From Eutreptiella sp. 'Long Island Sound 2002' (Eukaryota > Protista > Euglenida): a DNA stretch of 64,000 bases. The notes beneath the pieces were generated by a model, which had not been told where the DNA came from, did no database searches, and saw nothing but the letters and a program-made list of their open reading frames with translations. The position numbers and the translations under genes are program-made. Numbering within the stretch: position 1 is the stretch's first letter; each line of letters opens with the position of its first letter. Positions 21,101-34,593 of this stretch are shown piece after piece. The DNA lies in contig OZ038379.1 in assembly GCA_964036045.1 (NCBI GenBank), positions 71,982,001 through 72,046,000 on the forward strand. The letters run 5' to 3'.

Positions 21101-24100
21101 GACACAACCCCCCCCGCTCTCCCCCCAGTCCACCGCCTCCGGCCCGCGGGATGCCGGAGACGAGCCACGGAGACACCCGTACTCTGCCCCCCCCCCGGGC
21201 CGGGGGGATGTCCCCCCCCCCGAGAGGGCCGCGGCGCCCAGGGGAGGGGGGGACACCGCTAACCCAGTACGTCGTGCGCAGCCACGCCCCCACCCGTCTG
21301 CTCCCACAGAGACTGCGACAGGCACGCGGACCCCCGCCAGCACACAAGGGCGCCACACTGACCACACCCAGGATCAACACGCGAGCACGAATCGGAGCAG
21401 TATGGAGGCCACGCCCTCCATGAACTGAGCAACGTCAATAACACCCGCTTTGGTGCCCGCCAAGGGAAGGCAGAGGGACGGACCAAGGTATAGCGACCCC
21501 CCGCCCCTCGGGCCCCCCTGGCCACGCCTCCGGGGAGGACGGCACACATGCCCCCCCCCCCCGCCCCCCACGGCGCCAGAACGCCCCGGGTGCGCGGGCC
21601 CGCCCAAAAGGGGGCACACAACCCCATGCCAGGCAAGGGGGGAACAGGACCGGGCCAGCCCCAACGCAAGCAAGCCAGACATCGCACCAGACCGAGGCAG
21701 GACATGCGGAGGGGCACAGACGCGTGGAACGGCCCTACCGGCGCCCTGCACTTGAACCACGCGAGCTGCGCGCGCCAGACCGACCCGGGGAGGGAGGAAG
21801 GACGGGGACGCCACGAGAGCGTGAGCACACACACCCGCAAAGGACACGCGGGCAATACCAAAAGGGCAACCGAACCGAGCCCGCGGAACACACAGACCGC
21901 ATGGAATGGCGTACTAGCGGCCGAGAGTACGGGACCCCCGGACGGGACGACCCGTTACACGCAGCGCGGGGAACGCGGGGCGGGAGAGGGGGAACAGAGA
22001 AGACACAGAACACGGCGCCGGCCCCGGCCCCCCAGACCAGCCGCGAGCACTGCGCACACACGATCAGGGCACTGCACCCGCCAAGGCAGTAGTGGTGCGC
22101 CGAACCACACACCAGCCCCGCGGCTAGGCAGCCTCCGCGCCAGCCCCAGGGGGTCCCAATGGCGACAAGCCAGTACCACGGGCCCGGCGGCGCCGGCAGC
22201 CCTGGCGACCACGTATTAGGGGGGCAACGTGGTGGGTAAGCGCGTGCAGCTACGGTTGCTAATTGATGCACTGACCCGGGAGTGGCGAGAAGGGGAAGCC
22301 AGAGAGGGACAGGGCTCCGAGCCCCGTGAACCCGGGGGACTCCGCCACGAGGCAGGAGGTGTGTCATGAAGGGCCCCACACTAGGTCCCGGTGGGGAGGA
22401 TATCACGTGGTCCGACCAGGTGGCCCCCCAGGGCCGAAAGGCTTCTAGTACCCGAAACCTCAAACCTGAAACCTCAAACCTCATCGGAAACCTGTGGTGG
22501 TATCCATGCACTTCGCTCGCGGCCTTCAGAATGGTTCGGTGAATGTGATCCCTCACGGACTCCTTAGGCCCAGCCGGCGAGTTGCGCAGATGCATAAGGA
22601 GGGTTTCAGCTGCTTCCGACGGTCACACTGCAGAGATGTCCAGATCCATGGACTGTTTTCGACCTGTGATTGCTACCCAAGTGGAGCAGCTCATCTCCGT
22701 CTTCAGCTGGTTGACCTTGACAACTTTCATGCACTGCAAAGGGCCGAGGCCTCGCTCAAGATGTTCCCCCAGCAGCTCAACGATCGCACAGACACAGTGC
22801 TGCTTTGCAATGACCATCCAGTCATTGGCTGACCAGAAAAAAGGTTTGTGAGACCGTGCAGATGAAAAATGCACGCTACGGACCGGTTAGGTACCTGCTG
22901 ATTGCCATGCAGTCACGATCACAGACTCCTCAGTTTGGTCTGCCATCACACTTCTCCTGACCTCGTCCACTCGATTCTGTTGATGCTTTTGGATCTGGCT
23001 GTACTTCTTCTGCTTGTTCATCACAAGGGCTGTGACGTCGTCCTCCAACTGCAAAGGCTGCTTGTAGAACTGCAGGAACTCCTCCTGTACCGTGTCCTGG
23101 GGGCTGGTCGGTACTTGTGAGGTGTCTGTTCATGCTCTGCTCCCTTTCGTCCCTGTCAAGGTCTCTGCCTTGATGAAATGGGCCTGTAACAGGAGCTGTG
23201 TTATTTGACATGTCTTTAAGGGTTGATTACGAGGCCTCGCATTCGAAAAACCAGGTATTTGTGTCGTATTACCGCCTTTGTATTGCGAGCACTGTACAGC
23301 ATTGTACAGCGGTTGCAGAACATGGTGGGCGTCGATGGTGGGTCCTGGCTGTCGTCTGGGCCAGTTGCATTGCCTCACGAGAAAACCACAGTAGAGGACC
23401 AGCGCACACCAGTTCTCCAGAAGGTTGACAATAGTGTTACATACCACACTCTTCAGTCGATCGATTGCCGTCCAACCATATTCCGCAACAGCCTGCAACC
23501 TGTTGAACTTCCGCCGCAACTGCCGCATGAAATGCGGCGCAGACTTCTGGATGCCAACAATAGTTCTCTCCATGACTCGTATCTTTGGGGACGACCCTAC
23601 TGCTTCTTCAACTCCTAGCGACCAAAGCAGAAGTACAGGAAAAGAGCTTGAAGGCGCCGCCACACTTTTGTCACAAGGTATTCATAGGGATGCGTACAGC
23701 CGTACAAAATGGGAGTTCTCTTGAGCCTTTCGTGCCAGTTCCAGCGCTGCGTTCTGTCACAGTACAGCAATGTCAGACATATTTTGTGTATGTTGTCCTC
23801 AACGAGAATGGGTATGTTCGGGTGCGTCTGGTTCGACAGCGATGCAATGCAGTCCAACAACTCAATGAGGCCGTGGTATTAGGATATCTGATGCGTAATC
23901 ACCAACAGTGGTTTTCAACCAGGATTCGGTACAATATCTTGCACTATGTCAAGCGGCAAGATGCAAACAAGCCCACATCTCCCACGATTCCAAGGAGGCT
24001 CTGCTTCATTCTGAGAAATGCTGCTGCCACATTGTCGATGCTGCCCATGAGCACATCCAAGGTTCGGTGTCCTCTGAAATACGGCAACTCGCAAGGAATC

Positions 24101-24660
24101 TGAAAGACACAAAGCGCTCTGCAACTTTGGGACTGATCCTGGATCGTCGGATGCGTTCATTACTGCGTAATGTAGCAATTGTCGATCCATACGCAAACTT
24201 GACGGTTCTCCATCCAATGCCATGTTTCAAGCACCTTTGCTGCGGACCGTTGCTTCATAGTTTCCTCTTGCAGCCGAAGCAGTCCTGTCCTACACAGCCG
24301 GCGGCTGTTCTGCCGTCCGATAGAAGCAAATCTAGGGGCGTCCTCTTCCCGGTGTTGGGGTGTGCCCTGCAAGCATGTGATCTTGTACAGGTTAAAGAAC
24401 TCCTCCTTGAAGTGCATTGTGGCTCGACTCTCTGGTGTGGCTTTCAGTGTCCGCAGCAAATGCCGTGTGTTCATGTTCACTCTCAACAAGCGCGCAAAAT
24501 CAAAGAAGAAAACAGCTCCGCTCTTGCTCTTTTCAACAGCGGCCCCGAGGTGTTCAGGAGTAGTATTTCCATCGTCCGCTGCACAGAAAGCTTGCAAGCG
24601 CCTTACACGTTGACTCCACTCCAGGCTCTTTTTGTTGCGCGCTGGCGTCCTGTGCCAGAA
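18200..24660 (-). mobile_element. Heavily decayed non-LTR retrotransposon ORF2 (APE endonuclease plus RT), interrupted by an insertion at 19881-22480
   Basis: APE-like: VCVWIDNCY (~24180), LLGIVGDVG (~23980), LLDCIAS. RT-like: GKDADTRKNRATNS, INWFGIPFG, RFWTVM, VLNIGVG, MFINN(=FIDD)...ALDALQTVLEAPGL. Boundaries approximate. Confidence 0.6.
19881..22480 (+). mobile_element. GC-rich non-coding retroposon, copy 1, with 3' (AAACCTC)n tail
   Basis: Ends gaaacctcaaacctgaaacctcaaacc. Flanked by a 68-bp direct repeat (19813-19880 / 22481-22548, 5 mismatches). Homologous to 34594-36640 in inverted orientation. Confidence 0.8.
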
Positions 24661-25269
24661 TGAAATAAGGAGATAGGTAAAACACGACGAAACCTTTTTC
24701 TAGATGGCTGAAAATAAAGCCAATTAGCATAAAAAATGCGTAGGCTAAAAGGCGCGCTGCGAAAGGCGTAAAAACGCGAAGGAAAGTTTTTCCACCTTCA
24801 TTAGCCCAATAGTTCACGCCGTAAGCACCGTAACGCTCGTAGGAGCATAACGCTGTATCCCTCGACGTCTAACTAGCCATAGGCGCAAAGAAAAGCCGAC
24901 ATGCGCAGCGTGTAAACCTCGAAAAATCCTTTCTTTTTACTTGCCGCGTCCCTGCACCTCGTTCGTCATTCCTCTTTCTTTTCCATGTACCTCCCTTCCC
25001 TCCCCTGCTCCCCCCCTCTCCTCGTTGTGTCACTTCAGGCGAGCGGCCCAGGGGGAAAAGCGCTTAACCCCTTGCAATGACAAGTACTTCAACCTACGCG
25101 ACACCTTCATCATCTACGACCGGCAACACGTAAGGTGACAGCAATGGTCTTGCTGCACGCATGGGTGATGTGAGAGGGGTTGTGTCTAAAGTTCCTGTTT
25201 TCAACAAACATTTTACAAAAAAAAAATCTTCTTGTTGTTTTTTTTTTATTTTGCCAATCACAAAGCAAT

Positions 25270-27500
25270 GGTCGAAACAAAAAGCAGACGTTTTAGAGGA
25301 AAAAAAATGGGAAATAAAACCACAAACAGAAAAGAAAAAGCACAGCAGACCCAGGCAGCACAGCGGCGGGGAGCAGCACAGCACCGGAGGGCACAGCACC
25401 GGGCACCAGGGCACCAAGACACACCACACCACACAGCAGGGCAACACCACTGCACCACACAAAAAGCAACAGCACAGCGCACTACAACGCACCACAGCAC
25501 CAAGCAACAGGAACAGCACAGACCAAAAAGGACAGCAAGAACGAGAGCGCCAGCGCATTGCAGCACAGCACCACACACACAGCACGACACGGCGAAACAC
25601 GACAGGACGCAGGGCACAGCCAGACAAAAGGGCAGCAGCAGGGGGGGGTGGAGGCAGGGCTGGACAGGACGGCAAAACCAGGACACCACAGCACGGCACA
25701 ACCACACAGCAGGCAACACAGCGCACCAGAACAACGCACAGTCACAAGGAAAGCGCCACAGCGCGCAACAACAGACGACGGCGCCACACGCACGCAAACA
25801 CGCACCAAACAGCACGGCGCAGCAGAACACCGCAAGACACCAGCAGAAACGGAGCAGCCAAAGACAGCACAGCACAGCAGGACACCAAACAGCAAGGCAC
25901 CACCACACCAGCACAGCACAGAAAAGCACCGCAAACCACACAAGGGCAACAAGACGCATCACGCCACACAGCAGGGCAACAACACAAAAGAACGCCAAAA
26001 GAAATAGCACAGCACACAACAACACACCACGGCACCAGGCAAAGGCAACGGCACAGAGCAAAGCGGGCAGCAAGAAGCGAGAGCACCGGCGCAGGGGGGC
26101 ACAGCACCAGACGCGCAGCAGGACACGGCGAAACACAACAGGACGCAGAGCACAGCAAACCAACAAGGGCAGCAGCAGGGGGGAGGGGGGGGGCAGGGCC
26201 AAACAGCACAGCAAAATCAGCACGGCGCAACACCGCACAGCGGCACACCAGAGGACACAACGCACCACGACACCACACAGCCCGAAAGAACACACCGCAG
26301 CGCGCAACAACACACGACGGCACCACACACAACGCAGCACCGCACCAAACAACATGGCGCAACAGGGCCCCGCACGACACCAGCAGAAACGGAGCGACCC
26401 ACGACAGCACAGCACGGCAGCACACTGAACAGCACAGCACCACAAAGCCAGCACCGCACGGCGCAGCACAGAAAAGCGATGTGGACCACACAAAACAGCC
26501 CACACGAGACCAAAGCACCAAGGAACAAGACACAAGACACCACACAACAACAACAGCACCAAGTGGCGCAGCAGCACCACAGGAAACAAGCACCACACAA
26601 CACAACAGCGCGCACACCAAGACAATGGCAGCACGGCACAGCAGAAAAAAAACCATCAAAAGCGACAGCCGGGGGCAGGGGGGCTGGGGGGGCACACCAC
26701 ACGGCGCACCGGGACCGCACCGCAAGACACCAAACCGCACGGCCAGCAGGCGCAACACAACACGGACATGGAGCAGCACAGAGCAGAGCCAATGAGGACA
26801 AAGGCAAGAGGGCGCACGCACACTGCACAACAACACAAGAGCACAGAGGCGACCACACAACACCAAGAACAATGGCGGGGGCGGGGGGGGGGGGGGCACA
26901 AGCGAAGAACGCACCAAGGAAGGCAACGACGCACGGCCAAGAGACGAGGCAAACGCCGGGAAGCGCGCAGCACCACGGCACCAAGCGGGACCAAGGCGAC
27001 ACACCCCAGTGCGCCAACAACAGCGCACGCACGGCACAACAACAACACCAGCAGACAGAAAGCAGCGAGCGCCGCAAGCCCGGTCGCAGCACAAAGGAGC
27101 AAAGAAAGCCCCCCAAGATCCCCCCAAAAAGAACAAACCCCGGGAAAAAAAAGAAGAGAAAAACAAAAAGAAATTAAGGGGGAGGGGGGGGGGGCAGGGG
27201 GGGGGGTGAAACAGAAGAAAAAAAACATAAAACAGGGCAACAAAGAAAAACAAAAAGAAAACGAGAGCGCCAAGGCCAAGGGCACCCCGGACCAGAGAGC
27301 ACAAAAAGCCAGAGACAGCGGGGGTGCGGGCAACGAGGAGCGAAAAAAAAAAAAAGGAAAGAAAAACCACCACAAGGGCAACCCCAGCCCGGAGGGGGCT
27401 GAGCAAAGCAGCAAGACGAAACAGCCAAAGGAAGGGTGAGGCGCACCAAAACGCGCCCGGGGAGCCGGCCCGCCCGACACAGACAAGAAGAGCGGGCGCA
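25270..27500. repeat. T-depleted A/C-rich low-complexity array (CAGCACA-like units) with a ~540-bp internal duplication
   Basis: Almost no T on the plus strand; repeated blocks near 25570/26110 and 25820/26370. Confidence 0.8.
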
Positions 27501-27999
27501 CGCACACACGCACGGCACCCAGGCGTGGCGTTCTCTGATTCGAAAGGGAGGGTGTCGGCGTCCACAGGCAACAGCCCCGGTGCACCGGCTCAGTCCCCCG
27601 TCGAACGACAGACAGTACGGGAAACTGGACGCGTCAGTGACCGGGTCCACACACGCCAAACCACCGCAGCGCACGCAGCCCTAAACGGAGACCGGAGAGA
27701 CCCGCCAGGGACGACCCCATCGCGGGGCCCCGAACAGGTACGACACGGAGCGAGCCCAGCGCCCCTGCCTCGGCAGGGGCCAGCAGCAGGCACCATGAGC
27801 CTGGTTCTCGGCCGGCCTCCGCGTGCCCCGCGCAGCCGCTCAGTAGAGCCGGGGGCGACAGCCCCCGGGCTGGGGGAAGGCACCACGGCGACAGGAAATC
27901 CGACCTGAGCACCGAGAGGAACCTGATCACACGGGGCGGGGCGCACCGGAGGGCCAAAAGGCACGCCAGAGAGGCACGCTGCCAGCCACAATCATCGGC

Positions 28000-30240
28000 A
28001 CAGGATCAGGTGCAGAGCAACCATGGCCGTTGGGTGCCGCCAACCCGGACAGCGCGTGCCACACCCGCACAACCACGGCACACGAGCCGGAGCCAAGCAA
28101 CACCCAACCAGGTGAGGGATGCCCGCCACGAAATCCCCCCCCCGCCTGAGGAGCCCGAGGAACGGAGGAGAAGCAGAGAGGCGGGGATGAGGCGAAGGGG
28201 CGCCCCGGAGACAAGACGCCCCGGACAGAATCATCCTGGGCGGACCAAGCAGCAAGAGCCGCCGCCCCCCGGACTGGAGCAAGCACGGACAAGAGGCGGG
28301 CAGGCACCCATGAATGCAGCAACTGGGGCGGATCAAGCAGGAGGAGCCGCCGCGACCCCGGACTGGATCATCCAGGGACAAGTGGTGGCGGACGCCCCGG
28401 ACTGGAACATTCGGGGCGGAGCAAGCAGCAGGAGCCTGCGCCGCCCAGACTGGAGCATCCAGAGACAAGTGGCGGAAGACGCCCCAGATCGGATCAACAT
28501 GGGCAAAACAAGACGGAGAGGCGAGAACCCCCAGGATGCGAACAGCCGGGAAAAGGGGCCAGACGCCCAGGGCAAGATAGTGGCAGGAGCAGCACCCGGG
28601 CCCTGGCCAGGTCCGGAAGCAACACAAAGGAGGACGCCAGAGAGGAGCACAGAAGCATGGCAGAGGATGAGGCCGAGGAGATGCAGAGCAGCATAGATAT
28701 GGTGGGGCCGAGGGGAAGCGGAGAAACAGACCACAGATAAGGGCCGCGGAGATGCGGAGAAGCGGAGATGAGGACGAGTCCAACGAGATGCCGAGAAGCG
28801 AAGAAGGAGAAACGGCCCAAGGTGAAGCAGAGGAGCACACAAGGGGACGAGGCCGAGGGGATGCGGCGCAGTGGTCAAGAGGAAGAGGCCGAGGAGAGGT
28901 TGAGAGGCAGCCAAGATGAAGAGCCCGAGGAGAAGCAGTAAAGAATAGGCCGGGAGGAGGCCGAGAAGGTGCAGCCATGTGGTGACGAGACAATCAAGTG
29001 CCCGGGACTGGATCATCCGGGGCAAAAAAGGAACGAGCGGCGAAAACAAAACGACAGCAAGAAGCGGAGGAAGGAGGCCGGACGCTCCGGACTGCAACAT
29101 CCGGGGCAGAACAAGCAACAAGAGCCGCCGCCCCCCGGATTGGAACATCCGGGGCGGAACAAGCAGCAGGAGCCGCCGCCCCCAGCACTGGGTCATCCGG
29201 GGACAAGAGACGGCAAGACACACCAGAGTGGACCATCTGGGACGGAACAAGCAGGACGAGCCGCTGCCCCCCAGACAGGATCATCCGGGGACAAGCGGCG
29301 ACCTGACGCCCCGGACTGCATCATTCGGGTTGGATCAAGCTGCAGGACCTGGCGCATCCCGGACTGGATCATCCGGGCTAGAACAACAAGGAGCGGCCAC
29401 AACTGGAAGGGCACGATCATCCGGGCAAATCAGGCCTGCCGCCCCGGGCAGGATTGCTGGGGGCGGATCAAGCAGAAGGAGTCCCCACCCCCCGGGCTGC
29501 AGCGTCCAAAGAAAACTGACGGCCAGAGGCGAAAGGAACAACAGGCCGACGCCAAGGTGGGACAGCGATGGAGTCATGTCCGGAGGCAACGCAAAGGACA
29601 ACGCCAAGGGAATGCAGTGATGCAAAGAAGAGGACGAGGCGTAGAGGAGACGCAGTACAGCAAAAGTAAGGACCCGGGCGCGGTGAAGCAGAGAAACGGA
29701 CCAATGGATATGCCCCGGTGATGCAGAGAAGCAGCAAAGAGGACAAGGCTGTGGTGATGCAGAGAAGCGCGGATGAGGACGAGGCTGAGGGGAGGCAGGG
29801 CAACCATGCTGAGGACAAGGCCGTGGTGATGCAGTGAGGAAATCAAGTGGACTAGGCCGCGGTGAAGCGGAACAGCTGCCAAGAGGACGAGGCAGTGGAG
29901 AAGCAGCCAAGACGAGGAGGCTGTGGTGATGCAGCAAAACGGTGACGAGACCATGACGTGGTCAGGACTGGATTATCCTGGGAAAAATAAGGAGGAGCGG
30001 CCAAACCACGACGAGAGCATCAACAGGTGAAATAAGACCTGACGCCACGGGATGGATCAGCCGGGGCGGATGAAGCAGCAAGGGCCGCCGCCCCCCGGAC
30101 TGGATCATCCAGGGACATTAGGCGGCCACGCGCCCCGGACTGGATCATCCGGGGCTGGCAACCTCTCCGCGCAAGAGACGGGCCCGACAGGACGCGCAGA
30201 GGCGCGCCCGGTAATCCGGGTAAAGCAGGCGAGACGTGAG
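28000..30240. repeat. Compound minisatellite: ~50-bp CCGGACTGGATCATCCGGGG units alternating with ~30-bp GAGGACGAGGC/GATGCAGAGAAGC units in ~1-kb higher-order blocks
   Basis: Directly visible repeats; an inverted fragment of the same array lies at about 47580-47830. Confidence 0.8.
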
Positions 30241-30666
30241 TGCTGGTAGCTACGCCTCTCCGCACGCCCACCATGCAAGAGACACTTCTACCGCAGATGG
30301 GACACGTAGGGTGAAGTGGTGCACCAAGGGTCGCCCGCCCAGCAAAACCAAGGGTGGAGTCACACGAACAGCAGGATGCCCGAGCCAGAAATGGTGAGGG
30401 AAACAACAACTGAAGTGCCACCCCCCCCGAAACGGAGGGGGGACAACAACATGGAGACCAAGAACGCAAGCGGGGCATGACAGGAAAGCACTCCATCCCT
30501 CCAAGCCCTAGCAGGGGTACAGGTAGTGGCGTGCCTGCCAAGTCACAGCCGCAGAAAAAAAAAAAAACTGCTGTGTTCTCGTGCACACATGCAGGTGAAC
30601 AATTGGGCAGCCCACCCTGCAAAACCAAGGACGCAGATCACACACAGGGCAACACGCCCAAGCCAG

Positions 30667-30850
30667 GTATGACTCCACGCTTTCTTGTTTCCGACTGTAG
30701 ATTCACGTAGTTTGACGTCCTTCTCTGCAGCGGATGCTGCTCCGTACTGAGTAACATCATCACAGAGCCTTTTGAATCGCATGCGCATGCCAGAAGGTGT
30801 TAGTTGACACCACGCTTTGCTAGGTCGGCCAGATTCGTAATCCATTAGAC
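30667..30850 (-). pseudogene. N-terminal fragment of a Transib/RAG1-like transposase
   Basis: MDYESGRPSKAWCQLTPSGMRMRFKRL resembles MMTAGRPRKSYDTLTPSGKRMRKL at 59252. Confidence 0.6.
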
Positions 30851-31929
30851 ACAGGAACACAAAGGAAAGTGTGACCACCATATGCTGAATGGGTAATTTG
30901 GATTGAGATGGACACAAAGGGCTACAGATGGACAAAACTTGTTGTGCACGACTGGAATTTGCGCACTGCGCTGTGTGCACTATGCCGCTGGGCCGTGAGC
31001 ACAAAGCAAGCAGGTCATGTACTTCCCTTAATTAGGCATTGGTCCATGTTTTGCGGCTTTTGCTATATTCGATAGAATTTGCAGCAACAACTGCCTTCTA
31101 CGCCCTGTTGCCTTCAGCCCCTCTCCCCGCACTGTCCGCCCCTGATTGTGCAGGCGGTCCTTGATGAATGTGTGGTAACCAGATTGCATGAGTGTATATC
31201 AGTGTCCTTTACGTGTGCATCAGTGCAGCAGACTAGTCAGGTAGATACCTTCAGAACAGACCAGCAAGGGCGAGGATGCTGTTGCAGCGTGTCTTCACCG
31301 CAGTAGTTACTGCAGACCAATCACTATCAAGTCAATGCAGCCCCATTTGGTCCGGCAGTGCAGCAGTTCCTGCGGGCCGATCGCCCTTAAGTTGATGCAG
31401 CCCCTGTGGGTCCGCTGTTATTGCAGTCTCCACCCCTGCCATCCGATATCCATCAGGTTGAGGGTGCAAAAATCTGTCATCCCTTGCCCCAAGCCCCATT
31501 GTTGCCTTCGGGTCACCGTCAAGTCGATGCAGCCTCTACTGGGAATCTCGGCTCCATTGGCATCGGCACTTGTCTTTTTCGCTTTTGCGCCTCTTGGTGC
31601 TTCCATACCTGCCCAGGTCTGAGAACAGAGGGACAGGCTGACAGAACTGATATTGGGAATCAAAAGCCCGTCATTCTCAGGATGTGCAGACTGTTTTGAC
31701 TAGGGCTGGGGCGTGTGGCTGGTCAGGGGACTGCTAGAAGAAGGTCTTTTGGTGTGTTTAATTGCTGAGGCTCAGCCGTCGTCAGTCGCTGCAACCCTCC
31801 CGTTCCCCACGCTCCAATCTATGACACAACCCCTTCCCCCCCCATCCCCTATGAATGGTTTTTATGTTGGCAGGCGCGGCATTCGAGTTGCTGTGTGCAG
31901 GCCTTGCCAGCTGCTGTAGCTATGATCTC

Positions 31930-34060
31930 GCCTCTGAAAGAGAAGAGATCACTTGCACACCTCTATCTGCTGCCCATTCTTTTGTGGCGCTTCTTGTCAC
32001 TTCTTGAGCTTTTGTACCTAGGATCTTGGCTTCCGGAGTATGGGCAAAGACAGAGAGAAAGTGGAAGAGCAACGTTTGAAAGCCGAATCGATAGATTCCT
32101 CAATCTGGGGGGCACATATTGCTTCAAAGAAGAGAGAACAGTTGCACACCAATGCCAGTCATCCATGTCCCTCCGGGCTTCTTCTCCTTTTTGGGGTTTC
32201 TGTAGCTGCGTTCTGGGGTACTGAAATATGGGCAACAGGAGGAACAGGGGTAAGATGAATCTTTTGGAGTGGATCAGACTAATGAATGAATAGGTCGGCA
32301 GTGCAAAAGAGGAATCCACCCACATATCACTGCAAACAACAGAGATCACTTGCACACATCTGTCCCCTGTCCATGGGGTTTTGGCTCTTCGTGTCACCTC
32401 TTAAGCTCCTCGAGCTACGGTCCTGGCTTCTGGAGTCGGGGCAATGATTGATTCAGGGGTCAGAGTGATTGTTCAGAGTGGATTGGATTGATTCAGGGGG
32501 GCACATATCGCTTCAAAGAACAGTGATCAACTTCACATCGCTGCCACCCGTCCACTTTATGTGGGGCTTGTTGTCCTTTCTCGGGCCTCTGTAGCTGTGT
32601 TCTGAGCTTCCAGAGTCCAAGCAACAAGGGCAACAGGTAAGACCAATGTTTCAGACTGGATCGGACTGACTCACAAATACTTGGACACCTCAAAGGGTGT
32701 TTGGGGCACATATCGCTGCAAACAACAGAGATCACTTCCACAACTGTGTCACACGTCCATGGTTTGTGGTGTGTCTTGTCACTCGTTGGGCTTCTGCAAC
32801 TACTGTCGTCGCTTCTGGCGTCAGGGCAATGATGGATACAGGAGCCAGAACAGTCATTCAGAGTGGATTGGATTCATTCATCAATAGAGGGGGCACATAT
32901 CGCTTGACACAATAGTGATGAATTGCAAACCAATGTCACGCGTCCACGTTTTGCCGGGCTTGTTGACCTATCTGGGGCTTCTGTAGCTGTGTTCTTGGCT
33001 TCCAGAGTTTCCGCAACCAGAGAAACAGGGATAAGACATATCTTTCAGAGTGGGTCCGAGTGACTCATGAATCACTCGGCAGCGCAAAGGGGGTTCTGGG
33101 CAGATATCACTGCAAACCACTGAGATCACTTGCACACCTCTGTCACCCGACCATGGTTTGTGGCGCTTCTCATCACTGCTTGGCCTTCTGTAGCTACTGT
33201 CCTGGCTTCTGGCCTTTGCGTCATCACAGATACAGCGCTGAGAGCAATCTCTCAGAGTGGGTTGAATTGATTCACTAATAGGGAGGGGCATATGTTGCTT
33301 CCAACAACAGTCATCAACTGCACGCCACTACCATCTGTCCATCTTTTGTCCGGCTTGCTATCGTTTTTGGGGCTTCTGTAGCTGCCTTCTGGGCTTCCGG
33401 AGTCTGGGTAACGAGAGGAACAGGGGACAGATAAATGTTTCAGCGTGCCTTGGACTGACCCATAAATCAGTGGACAGTGCAAAGGGGGTTGAGGCGCGGA
33501 TATCACCGCAAATAACAGAGATCACTTGCACACCTCTGTCACCCGTCCATTGTTTGTGACGCTTCTCGTCACTTCTGGGGCCTTGTAACACCTGTTTTGG
33601 CTTCTGGAGTCTGGGGAATGGGAGATAGAGGGGTCAGAGCAACGTTTCACGGCGGACTTGATTGACTCATCAACCCTTCAAAAAACAGAGATCGAAGAAC
33701 AGAGATCTATTGCGCACCACTGCCACCCCTCCATGTCTTCTTGGGCTTCTTGTGCTTTCTCAGGTTTCTGTAGCTGCGTTCTGCTTTCCTCGAGACTGAG
33801 CAACGAGAGGAACAAGGGTAAGACAAATCTCTTTCAGTGGTTTGGATGGACTCAGGAGTAATTGGACAGCGCAAAGGGGGCTCAGGGCATATAGCACTGC
33901 AAGCAACAGATATCACTTGCACGGCTATGTCATCCGTCCATGGTTTCTTGCACTTGTGTCGGCAATGAGAGAGACAGGGGTCAGAGCATTCTTTCTGATT
34001 GGTTTCCATTAATATATCAATGGAGTTGGAACATATTGCTTAAAAAAACAGAGATCGCTC
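31930..34060. repeat. Higher-order satellite, ~195-bp A/B monomers forming ~390-bp dimers
   Basis: CACATATC(A/G)CTGCAAACAACAGAGATCACTTGCACAC recurs at about 32322, 32708, 33100, 33498 and 33886, with a B-type monomer between. Confidence 0.85.
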
Positions 34061-34593
34061 ACACCCCCCCGACACGAGCCCAGAGACTACTTGAACTCCT
34101 CCCGGTCTGCTGGGTGCGTTGACGGGGCTGTCTCTGCTGCTTCCTGTCAGCTTCTAGGTGTTAGTCTTCAACAACCCACAGGCTTGCTCGGGATTCCACT
34201 TGGACTTGTGCGGCAGCTGCTGATACTGATGCAGTCTGCGAGATGAAAAAAAACGGGGTTTTTTATTTGAACCTGGTAAGCTTTCTGGCGGCTACCACAT
34301 CCTTGGATAAGCCTGGCTGCTGTACCCTGTTGCATATGTTGAATACGCTCGATCTCACCGTGCAAACAGTGGGGATGACGAGCCACATCCTTGTCCTCGC
34401 TGACGTCATTTATGCCGCAACTTCTGCTTTCGCTTTGAATGCTGCTTTGGCTTGGACAGATGCTGACGCGCGGCTGCAGAATGTAAGGCTGACAGAAAGG
34501 AGCAGCAATGCAGCTTGGAAGGGGGAGTACATTAGTTCGAGGAGGCTAAGGCACTGACGTGTGAATAGACTAAATGGCCTTGACAGTAATTGA

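Noticed and set aside
19682-22595. Numerous long P/G/R/A-rich ORFs (also 34855-36761)
   Set aside because: Overlapping in all frames, a consequence of very high GC; frames are not conserved between the two copies.
23130-24600. DIRS tyrosine recombinase / RNase H (WCALVLYCGFLVRQCN; VCVWIDN)
   Set aside because: No R-H-R-H-Y tetrad found; the motifs fit better as APE endonuclease collinear with the non-LTR RT downstream.
25094-30250. Long Cys/Val/Leu-rich and Thr/Gln/His-rich ORFs
   Set aside because: Artefacts of T-depleted repeats that lack stop codons; no domain motifs.
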